Assembly: GCA_003649205.1 (NCBI GenBank)
Contig: QMRC01000010.1
Coordinates: 1-60,908, forward strand
Length of the DNA: 60,908 nucleotides
Reading direction: 5' to 3'
From: Thermoprotei archaeon
GTDB taxonomy: Archaea > Thermoproteota > Thermoprotei > Thermoproteales > B15-G16
Part shown: positions 27,021-34,701 of the stretch, in pieces
How the letters are laid out: each line of letters opens with the position of its first letter
Numbering within the stretch: position 1 is the stretch's first letter
Made by a program: the position numbers and the translations under genes
The notes under the pieces: generated by a model
What the model saw: the letters and a program-made list of their open reading frames with translations, nothing else
Database searches by the model: none
Told to the model about the DNA's origin: nothing

Positions 27021-28274
27021 TTAATCTCCCTTTTCTTCCCTACTCTCCAGTCTATGCACTAAAGAGCTCATCTCTAGCAGACTCATTGTGAACTTCTCAA
27101 GTGTGTTCAATAGCTCTTCTGCCTTTTTACATACTTCAATGACTATCCTACGTACTTCTTCATTTAGGTCGGTGGTAATGTTGAGAGAGTCTTCAATGCA
27201 CGTTCTCAATTTATTGATTAGGGCTGTAGTCTCTGTTCTACACCTCTCTGCACTTAGCACCGTAATCTCTAGCGAAGTAGTTTCCTCCTTAAGTTGCTTA
27301 AGATATTTCTCAAGCTCTTCCCTCCTAGCTAGTAATGTAGCTAGCTCGTTCTGGAGCTCAGGTCTCTCTTCAATCAGTATTCTAGCACGTAACAGCTCAA
27401 TCTCATCATCTAATCTCCTAATCTCCTCCTCAATGCTCTCAATCTTCGCCTTAACATTGCTAGGTATCGGTACGCTACCTACCTCACCAGGTACAAGGTC
27501 TATCTTCAACTTCGTTAAAGGAATTGACAAACCTAGCTTAGTTAATGCATCTGCTACTAAGGTATTCAACTTAGAAATATCGCTTAATATCTCTCTCTTC
27601 TTGGCTACATACTCCTCGACCTCCACATCACCTATCTCAAGCTTGGTCTCTAAGACCTCTAGGTCTTCCACCTTACCTTTCAGAAGTTCTTCGAATTGCT
27701 TAGCTACTTCCACTAGCAACATCGTAGCTAGTGAACAACATGTTGTGAGACTACTTAACTTAGCCAAGTACTCACTACTTAATCTCTTATAAGCTGTTTC
27801 GCTAACTCTACCTTCTTTCCTGAAGTTACTCAATTTCTTTAGCTTTGTGACTAGTGAATGTAGGTCGATGAAGATAGAGCTTATGTAGTTCTCAATTGTT
27901 TTGCTCAGTACGTTGAGTAGTGTTGTTTGATGTAGTTTCTTCACTAGATCAATTAGTCTTCTCTTCTTTCCTTCGTACTCATTAGTGCTAATTTCTCCCA
28001 GTAGCTGCTTTGCGGTTAACTCAGCATACTTACTGAGTACTATGTCCTCAAGTTCTCTAGACTTGGTAGTGGGTAGTCTATCTATGTCTATGAGGTCTTC
28101 TAGGTACAGATCAATTAATGCGGCTAATACATTGTAGGTGGATGCTATTCCTAGTTCCCGACTTAAAGTGCCTAGTTCTAGGTGGAGTGTGGTATTTCCT
28201 GTTTCTCGATATTTCTTGAGTAGTACATCTATGAGCTTCTGCTTTAGCTCCTTATCCTGTACATTACTTGTCAT
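27021..28274 (-). CDS. coiled-coil protein with N-terminal wH-like segment and CdvA/SHOCT-like motifs
   Basis: GEISTNEY, GRVSETAYKRL, LEIGDVEVEEY; long heptad helices; third gene of the Ubl-E2/E1 operon. Confidence 0.6.
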   Translation of the reverse strand: MTSNVQDKELKQKLIDVLLKKYRETGNTTLHLELGTLSRELGIASTYNVLAALIDLYLEDLIDIDRLPTTKSRELEDIVLSKYAELTAKQLLGEISTNEYEGKKRRLIDLVKKLHQTTLLNVLSKTIENYISSIFIDLHSLVTKLKKLSNFRKEGRVSETAYKRLSSEYLAKLSSLTTCCSLATMLLVEVAKQFEELLKGKVEDLEVLETKLEIGDVEVEEYVAKKREILSDISKLNTLVADALTKLGLSIPLTKLKIDLVPGEVGSVPIPSNVKAKIESIEEEIRRLDDEIELLRARILIEERPELQNELATLLARREELEKYLKQLKEETTSLEITVLSAERCRTETTALINKLRTCIEDSLNITTDLNEEVRRIVIEVCKKAEELLNTLEKFTMSLLEMSSLVHRLESREEKGD

Positions 28275-28296
28275 TGTTCTTTCTTCTCCGTAGGAG

Positions 28297-29562
28297 TTAC
28301 TTAATTCTAATCAAGACCTCACGTATGTTGTCTCTGACTTCGTCACGAAATAGTACCTGTAATATCGTACCTTGGGTGTTTGGTATCTCTTTACCTAAGT
28401 CTATGGGTACTACCCCTTCACTAGTTAGCTCATGTATGTACAATCTCTCCCTATCAATTTTGGTACTCAATCTATCTTCAATCATTCGTACTAGTGTGTC
28501 TATGTCTGTGACTTTATTTGGCTCAATATCGATTACCGGTACTTTCTCTTTAACGATACCTTCGTAACCACATACAACACATCTCGTATTTCTTGCTATG
28601 TTTAGCACTGTGTAGCGATTGTTATCTAGGTCAATTAGCAGTACACCTCTAAGTGGTTTGCCTGCATCCTTAGGCCATGTACCTTTTTCCCTGTACTCTC
28701 TGTAGCCGAGAACTAGCTTAATGACCTCTTGTGCCTCTATGGCAGCTACTACGGAGGTTGTAGTCGGTAGTGATGGCATCTTCACCTCCTCTATTGGTGG
28801 TGCACATGGATTACTTAGTTGAATAGCTTCACTGTACTTCTCGGGTGCTATAGTACATGCGAGACATGGTGTTTCAAATGGTAGGACGACCTGTACTCTA
28901 CCCTGGGGACCGTACATACCTCCATCAACTAGTGGTATGTCATATTTTAGTGAGATCGTTGAGAGGTATACTCTAGCTGCTACATTGTCTAGACCTGACA
29001 CAACTACGTCGTGCTCAAGTAGTTTCCTCAGTGGTATCTTCTCTACGAAGTCACATATGTAGTTGAAGTTCGTCCAAGGGAATAGTTTCTTTGCTCTCTC
29101 TGCTAGGGCCTTGGCCTTTAATGCACCTAGATCTGTCTTCTTGAAGAAAATCATTCTGTTTAGGTTTGAGTACTCGACAGTGTCGAAGTCAACTATGGTT
29201 ATGGAGCCAATACCTAGCTGAGCTAAGTTCTTAACTAGTTCATTCCCTAGAGCACCTGCACCTACGATGAGTACCTTTGCTCTTCTTAACTTCTTCTGAT
29301 TTTCAGTACCCCACAGGATTAGTTGCCTTGCCCAGAGGTAATCAACTACTATCCTAACGCTATCTCTAATGTTCTTCTGTTCAAGTACTTCGCGCAAGGT
29401 CTTGTCCTCAGGTAGTAGCTCACCCTCGAGGAGAAGCTTCGTCAATTCAGGTTCAATACCTAAGTCTCTACATATTCTCTTCTTCAGTGTCTTGATCTTT
29501 ATTCCTGGATTTACTTTGATTTGGCTTTTCGTGACGTTAGGTATCTCGACAATGATCCTCAT
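28297..29562 (-). CDS. ubiquitin-like domain fused to E1 (ThiF/MoeB/UBA) activating enzyme
   Basis: N-terminal IKTLKKRICRDLGIEPELTKLLLEGELLPEDKTL (ubiquitin-like); ARQLILWG, VGAGALG, DFDTVEYSNLNR, GLDNVAAR, CLAC..NPC..CVVC. Confidence 0.9.
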   Translation of the reverse strand: MRIIVEIPNVTKSQIKVNPGIKIKTLKKRICRDLGIEPELTKLLLEGELLPEDKTLREVLEQKNIRDSVRIVVDYLWARQLILWGTENQKKLRRAKVLIVGAGALGNELVKNLAQLGIGSITIVDFDTVEYSNLNRMIFFKKTDLGALKAKALAERAKKLFPWTNFNYICDFVEKIPLRKLLEHDVVVSGLDNVAARVYLSTISLKYDIPLVDGGMYGPQGRVQVVLPFETPCLACTIAPEKYSEAIQLSNPCAPPIEEVKMPSLPTTTSVVAAIEAQEVIKLVLGYREYREKGTWPKDAGKPLRGVLLIDLDNNRYTVLNIARNTRCVVCGYEGIVKEKVPVIDIEPNKVTDIDTLVRMIEDRLSTKIDRERLYIHELTSEGVVPIDLGKEIPNTQGTILQVLFRDEVRDNIREVLIRIK

Positions 29563-29567
29563 GATCT

Positions 29568-30434
29568 CTATTGTTGCTGTGTCTTCTTATCCCATCTCAA
29601 GACCCTAACTCTAATACCTAGATCTTCAGGTCTCTCCATTACTTCCAGCTCTATTATGTCCTTTATCTCTTCCTCCTTAACTACCTTCCTCTTCCTTGGG
29701 AATCCATACTTGAGGCATATCTCTGCTGCTCTCCTGCATCTTGGGTGATCGAAGATGTCTAGTGGGTTAGGGTCAGCTAGTAGGTGGTACAGTGCATTTA
29801 TCACGGTTGTTAATCTGAAGTATGGTCTCCAACCATCACCCAGTATTGAATGGCATACACCGCCTGGTACGTTTGGAACTATATTTGGGTGATCTATCTC
29901 TGTTAACCATGTAACTACTGGTGGTGCGAAGGGGTACTCTGGTTCCTGTGGGTACTTCTTCCTGAGGTGTGGGTACTTCTTGTATGTTTCCTTGGTTGGT
30001 AACTCTATTAGGAATTTGTGCCACTGTACGTACTGTGTGAATGGCCATACTCCTCTATTAGCTAGCTCAACTATGTCCTTGTCCTCACATCTAATCAATC
30101 CCTCATACATTGTTGGTGGGTAGTTCAGTGCTTTAACTAGTGGAAATTGTCTCCTAACTAGCTCATACTCCTCAAGTAATCTCGCTACGTCAATACCACC
30201 TATGAGGTATGTTGGCATGAGTGCTAGTCTAGCGTATTCTGGTATTGCTAATTGAGCTACAGTTAATCCTTCATTTAGTATTGTTCCTCCGTAGACGAGT
30301 ACTACGGTATTTGGGTCTATACCCAGTTGCTGACAGACTACTGCTTTGATCTCACCTATTGTATGTTCTGGAAGGACATCGACTTCAACCAGACCAGAAG
30401 CTTCACCTATTGGGATCTCTATAAATAGCTTCAT
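29568..30434 (-). CDS. ubiquitin-like domain (ending LIGG) fused to UBC/E2 conjugating enzyme
   Basis: 80-aa Ubl (TIGEIKAVVCQQLGIDP..LVYGGTILNEGLTV..LIGG), then RLLEEY..YPFAPP..HPNI..GGVCHSIL..WRP..LLADPN; ATG 30434. Confidence 0.92.
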   Translation of the reverse strand: MKLFIEIPIGEASGLVEVDVLPEHTIGEIKAVVCQQLGIDPNTVVLVYGGTILNEGLTVAQLAIPEYARLALMPTYLIGGIDVARLLEEYELVRRQFPLVKALNYPPTMYEGLIRCEDKDIVELANRGVWPFTQYVQWHKFLIELPTKETYKKYPHLRKKYPQEPEYPFAPPVVTWLTEIDHPNIVPNVPGGVCHSILGDGWRPYFRLTTVINALYHLLADPNPLDIFDHPRCRRAAEICLKYGFPRKRKVVKEEEIKDIIELEVMERPEDLGIRVRVLRWDKKTQQQ

Positions 30435-30483
30435 ACCACACACCTATGGTGAAGCAGCTTCCCACTACTCTCTGTACTAAGGT

Positions 30484-30494
30484 CTATATAAATT
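30484..30494 (-). promoter_or_regulatory. putative TATA box of the Ubl-E2 / Ubl-E1 / coiled-coil operon
   Basis: TTTATATA on the minus strand about 50 nt upstream of ATG 30434. Confidence 0.45.
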
Positions 30495-30950
30495 CTATGC
30501 TAGCTTCGTTATCTGCTCTATTCTCACCTAATCGCCACTACGATTGCTTTAGATCCCCTTCTCACAGTAAGGTTATTGTTCCTGAGGCAACTAAGTAGTG
30601 TGCATCTGAGTTCATCTTGTGTTTAATCTCTCTTCGATATGGGAATGGGAATGAGGTATAGATGCTGTGATTGCTAGCCCCTTGTCAAAAACTCTGCTTA
30701 TTTATGAGTTATTGAACGGAATAGGGGGCTGTCTTTGTGAATTTATCTGCTATTACTTGAGGTTCTAGGATGTTGTTAGAGTTCACCACTTATCTCAATA
30801 CCTGAAGGAAATACCTCACCCTCTAATTCACTACTTCATGAAATCTGACTAATTCTAAACTTGATACGCCAAGCTATAGTGACATCTCTCACCTACAGAG
30901 TAAACTCATTGTAGGGGAAGAAGGATATAGCTTTAGATTAAGTTTCATGT

Positions 30951-31438
30951 TTAAGTTTCTTTTCTACTTCTTAACTTTGCTCCACACTTTCTACACTTCT
31001 TCATTAGTGGTGAATTTGGTGTTCCCCACTCACTATATACTACGGCACCTGGCTCACCAGCTTTCTCTCTCATTTTCTCAAGCTGCGTAGTTAATTTTCC
31101 TTTTTCCTTATCTATAGTATTCAATTAACTTCCTGTAGGTTTCCTCAGATATTTCTCCTTGTTTGAACTTCTCTTCTGCTCTTGAAATGTACCTATTGTA
31201 TTGAATTCCTCAATTTTCTCACTCAGCTCATCGTACTCGGCTATAGCTCTATCTAGTTCTGGTGCTAAATCTGCATCACTTCACTCCTCAGGACCAATAT
31301 ACTCATCTACAGTGATCCCTATCCTCAATCTCTTACTCTGAAGATCCAACTGAGTCTCTAAGGTACTGAAACCAATACCAGAACAATTAGCAATATCGCT
31401 AGTACGATTAAGTACCTATCACGTAAGTACGTCCTCAT
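30951..31438 (-). pseudogene. decayed gene: signal/TM segment, coiled coil, GEISEETY motif, zinc ribbon
   Basis: fragments across frames: MRTYLRDRYLIVLAILLIVLVLVSVP*, DADLAPELDRAIAEYDELSEKIEEF, RYISRAEEKFKQGEISEETYRKLIEYY, VVYSEWGTPNSPLMKKCRKCGAKL. Confidence 0.65.
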
Positions 31439-31489
31439 GAGGTGTCTCTCCAAGGTACTATACATGATTTTGTTGAGTTATCTAGTGCA

Positions 31490-31822
31490 CTAGATCTTTG
31501 CTCTTAATTTTCCCAATCTAATCAACTTCCTAATTATTTCCTTCAGTTGCTCCTCTGTTATACCGAATTCGTAAGCTGTTCTCGATATGGAGATTCTACC
31601 TCTATGCGCAACTATGTACCTGTAGATCTTCAGCTCTAAGTCACTTAACTCCTCCTCAACTTGAGGCTTAGGTATCTCACTCCCTTCAACTCTTGAAAGT
31701 AACTTACTGAGTAGCCTAATCACAATACCTTTCTCTCTACCCCCTGCGTATGTGCTCAAGAGCTTAGGTCTTAGATGAATCACTACGAAATCTCCTTCAC
31801 TCACTACATCTGTACTCATCAT
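31490..31822 (-). CDS. small protein with C-terminal winged-helix domain
   Basis: LSDLELKIYRYIVAHRGRISISRTAYEFGITEEQLKEIIRKLIRLGKL. Confidence 0.7.
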   Translation of the reverse strand: MMSTDVVSEGDFVVIHLRPKLLSTYAGGREKGIVIRLLSKLLSRVEGSEIPKPQVEEELSDLELKIYRYIVAHRGRISISRTAYEFGITEEQLKEIIRKLIRLGKLRAKI

Positions 31823-31867
31823 AGCTCTCTAACTTGGTTGTAACATACGTCTTTAATAGTTGTTCTT

Positions 31868-32920
31868 TTGTTCAATTTCTCGATGTACCTACTAGTTACG
31901 GTGCCTGGTGTTGAGGATGTTGTTGTTAAGGAGTTGAGAGAGTGTTTTGGTTGTGATGCCGTTGCTAAGCCTTTTGGTACCTTTGGTAGGGTTTTGTTGA
32001 GTTCTTACGTTCCTCTCTATAGTCTTCGCTGTCTTCGTTCTATTGAGAGGATTGTTAGGTTACTTACCTATCACGTTTTCGACTACACTCCTAAGTTGAG
32101 CGATGTTATGCGTGTTGTAGAGTGTGTTGATTTTTCGAAGTATATTACTCCTTACGTTACTTTTGCTGTTCGTGTTTTGAGGGAGGGTTCACATGACTTT
32201 ACGTCTGTTGATGTTGCGAGAGAGGTTGGTAGAGTTATTCAGGAGCAGATTCGTAGGTGTAGAGGTGTTTCTCCTGTTGTTAGTCTTGAGGGTCCTGATG
32301 TTGAGGTTGAGGTGCAGATTATCAATAGGGTTGTGTTTGTTGGGTTAGATATCACTGGTCCTAAGGCTCTGCACTCGAGACCGTATAGGGTGTACTTTCA
32401 TCCAGCAGCACTCAATCCAATACTGGCCTACTCCATGATTGTGATAGCTGGTGTCGATAGGGGTAGTCGCGTTCTCGATCCCTTCTGTGGTAGTGCAACT
32501 ATCCTCATTGAAGGTGCATTAGCTCGTAGATGCATGTGTATTGGTTCAGACATATCGTTAAGGCACATAAGGGGGGCTATCATGAATGTTGAGAAAGCCG
32601 GTGTGCTCGAGTTAATTGACTTCCTTCACTCAGATATTGCGTACCTGGGTGATAAGTTGAGGAGTGAGGTATTTGACTTTGTGATAACGAACCCACCGTA
32701 TGGTATTCGTGAGGTACCTGAGACTAAGTTACCCGACTTATACGGTGAGTTATTTAGGCTCTGTAAGCACGTACTTAGAAGGGGTGGAGTCCTGTGTCTG
32801 ATCTCTCCTAGGAGGAGACTAGTACACGTGATGGTTGAGAGGTTTAGAGCTGAGTTGGTTCATGAGCGAGAGGTTTTACAAGGTGGTATGCGCTCTAGCA
32901 TCTACGTAATTAAGTTCTAA
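31868..32920 (+). CDS. THUMP-domain tRNA guanine N2-methyltransferase (Trm14-like)
   Basis: TVPGVED, TFAVRV, HPAALNP, DPFCGSATI, TNPPYG. Confidence 0.85.
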   Translation: MFNFSMYLLVTVPGVEDVVVKELRECFGCDAVAKPFGTFGRVLLSSYVPLYSLRCLRSIERIVRLLTYHVFDYTPKLSDVMRVVECVDFSKYITPYVTFAVRVLREGSHDFTSVDVAREVGRVIQEQIRRCRGVSPVVSLEGPDVEVEVQIINRVVFVGLDITGPKALHSRPYRVYFHPAALNPILAYSMIVIAGVDRGSRVLDPFCGSATILIEGALARRCMCIGSDISLRHIRGAIMNVEKAGVLELIDFLHSDIAYLGDKLRSEVFDFVITNPPYGIREVPETKLPDLYGELFRLCKHVLRRGGVLCLISPRRRLVHVMVERFRAELVHEREVLQGGMRSSIYVIKF

Positions 32921-32956
32921 AGTGCTGTACGTAATCAATCTCAATCCTGGAGGGTG

Positions 32957-33005
32957 GTGATGAGATTTGCACGAACTGACGGGTGAAGAACCTCCACTGG
33001 GCTGA
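32957..33005 (+). ncRNA. box C/D methylation guide sRNA (double guide)
   Basis: C GTGATGA 32957-32963, 12-nt guide, D' CTGA 32976-32979, C' GTGAAGA 32983-32989, 12-nt guide, D CTGA 33002-33005; lies between convergent genes. Confidence 0.88.
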
Positions 33006-33010
33006 TATCT

Positions 33011-34012
33011 CTACTCCTTCTCCCAGAGCTTATAGATTTCATCGCGAATGTACTCATTCACTTCCTCCACTACACCAGTAACTCGATGAACCTTGACTCC
33101 ACAACCTTCTCTAGCAACACCTATTACCGTAGCACCCACACCTACTTCCTTCAATGCTGTAAGTGCTCTATCGAGGTTTTCTGGTGGTACAGCAGCTAGG
33201 AGAACACCGGAGCTAATTAGCTTTAGAGGATCTAAACCCAGTACCTGACATACCACCCTCGTTTCCTCTCGAATGGGTACTCTCTCTTCCCATACCTCGA
33301 TGAGTACTCTAGATGAGTACGCCATCTCAGCTAAACCACATAGGATACCACCTTCGGTAGGATCATGCATTGAATGTACTCCTACCTTAGCTAGCGTGAG
33401 TGCCTCCTTAACGACGCTGATTTCCCTAATGAATTGCCTTGCCCTCTCAATCACTACCTTCGACACTCCTCTACTTAGCAGTGTTTCCTCGAAGTCTGTA
33501 GCTAGAATTGATGTACCTTCAAGAGCTACTGCTTTTGTCATGATTATATAGTCACCAGGCTTAACACCGCTAGTCGTTACGTACCTATCTCTAGGAGCTA
33601 ACCCGATAGCGCTCATCACCACAATTGGTCTAGCGAGATGTGGTGTGTACTCACTATGACCTCCAACGACCATAGCACCCACCTCCTTAGCAGCAGCATC
33701 TATCTGCCTGGTTATCTTGTCCAGTAACTCCTCCGGCGCGTTCTCAGGTAGAAGGATCGTACTCAGTAACCAACGTGGTTTTGCACCACATACTGCAACA
33801 TCGTTACAGGCTATGTGCACAGCTAACCAACCAATATTCTCCTCAGCTGCTGTTATTGGATCTACGTGAACTACCAGCACTACATTATCTCCTAGATCTA
33901 TGATTGCTGAGTCCTCACCGTACGTAGGTCCTACAATAACTGCTGGATCAGCTGCTCCTATTCTCGAAAATACATACTTACGTAGGAGATTTGGTGGTAT
34001 CTTTCCTGACAT
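33011..34012 (-). CDS. AIR synthase-related (HypE/PurM-like) protein
   Basis: GEDSA, VDPIT, NDVAVCGA, VGGHSE, MHDPTEGG, DPLKLISSG. Confidence 0.85.
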   Translation of the reverse strand: MSGKIPPNLLRKYVFSRIGAADPAVIVGPTYGEDSAIIDLGDNVVLVVHVDPITAAEENIGWLAVHIACNDVAVCGAKPRWLLSTILLPENAPEELLDKITRQIDAAAKEVGAMVVGGHSEYTPHLARPIVVMSAIGLAPRDRYVTTSGVKPGDYIIMTKAVALEGTSILATDFEETLLSRGVSKVVIERARQFIREISVVKEALTLAKVGVHSMHDPTEGGILCGLAEMAYSSRVLIEVWEERVPIREETRVVCQVLGLDPLKLISSGVLLAAVPPENLDRALTALKEVGVGATVIGVAREGCGVKVHRVTGVVEEVNEYIRDEIYKLWEKE

Positions 34013-34541
34013 AACGACATCCTCTAATACCGAACCTACTTAATTGCTTTAGCAGTACGTACTCCAGCTCAAGTAGTCGTCTATACTTACTCTCATCCCG
34101 TCTTCTCAATGCATCTAGTACTTGAGTCTCTAACTCTTGAAGCTTTCTCAGGTACTCAATGACTACATCTGAGCAACTTGGTGAGATCTCTATCACTAGT
34201 ACCTCGTAACCTCTCGGTGATCTAGCTACCGTACACACATAGAGGGGGTATCCTAGGAAGCTAGCTTTCGTAGCTACATCACCTAAGTCAACCGTTGATG
34301 GCGTCCACTTGCTAAGTGGATGCGTGTGAACGTAACCGATGAACCTCATGTAGGGATTACTTGTATCTACGGGAAAGACTCCACCATAGGTTGATAACAC
34401 AAGTGGTTCAGTAACTACGACCTCACCACTTGAATTCAGGTAGAGAGGTGTAACTACTTCACTACCTGTTTCACTCTGTAGCTCAAGTAATTTAGGTGCT
34501 AAGGTTATAGCTATCTTCACCACCTTACTGAATAAATCCAC
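33978..34541 (-). CDS. soluble JAB/JAMM-domain protein
   Basis: GSEV upstream Glu, FIGYVHTHPLSKWTPSTVDL (H-x-H-x7-S-x2-D). Confidence 0.7.
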   Translation of the reverse strand: MDLFSKVVKIAITLAPKLLELQSETGSEVVTPLYLNSSGEVVVTEPLVLSTYGGVFPVDTSNPYMRFIGYVHTHPLSKWTPSTVDLGDVATKASFLGYPLYVCTVARSPRGYEVLVIEISPSCSDVVIEYLRKLQELETQVLDALRRRDESKYRRLLELEYVLLKQLSRFGIRGCRYVRKDTTKSPT

Positions 34542-34648
34542 ACTGAATCACCAGTTCTGTAGCACTTCTCGTGAATCCTGATATAAGTGTCTACTTGTTT
34601 TGAATTAAGTTAAAGATAAATAGTTATGCCTTACTGTAACTGATTTCG

Positions 34649-34697
34649 CTGATGAGTTGTCGCTATGCTGATTAGTGCTGAGGACGCTCGAGGCTGA
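34649..34697 (+). ncRNA. box C/D methylation guide sRNA
   Basis: C CTGATGA 34649-34655, 12-nt guide, D' CTGA 34668-34671, C' GTGCTGA 34675-34681, 12-nt guide, D CTGA 34694-34697. Confidence 0.75.
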
Positions 34698-34701
34698 TAG
34701 C

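Noticed and set aside
28297-29562. Ordinary MoeB/ThiF cofactor-biosynthesis or SAMP/Urm1 activator
   Set aside because: Operonic with a UBC/E2 and a ubiquitin-type domain; no thiamine, Moco or tRNA-thiolation genes adjacent
30674-30731. Imperfect inverted repeat (AGCCCC..AACTC / GAGTT..GGGGCT) as a MITE or IS end
   Set aside because: Short, imperfect, single copy, with no transposase or target duplication seen
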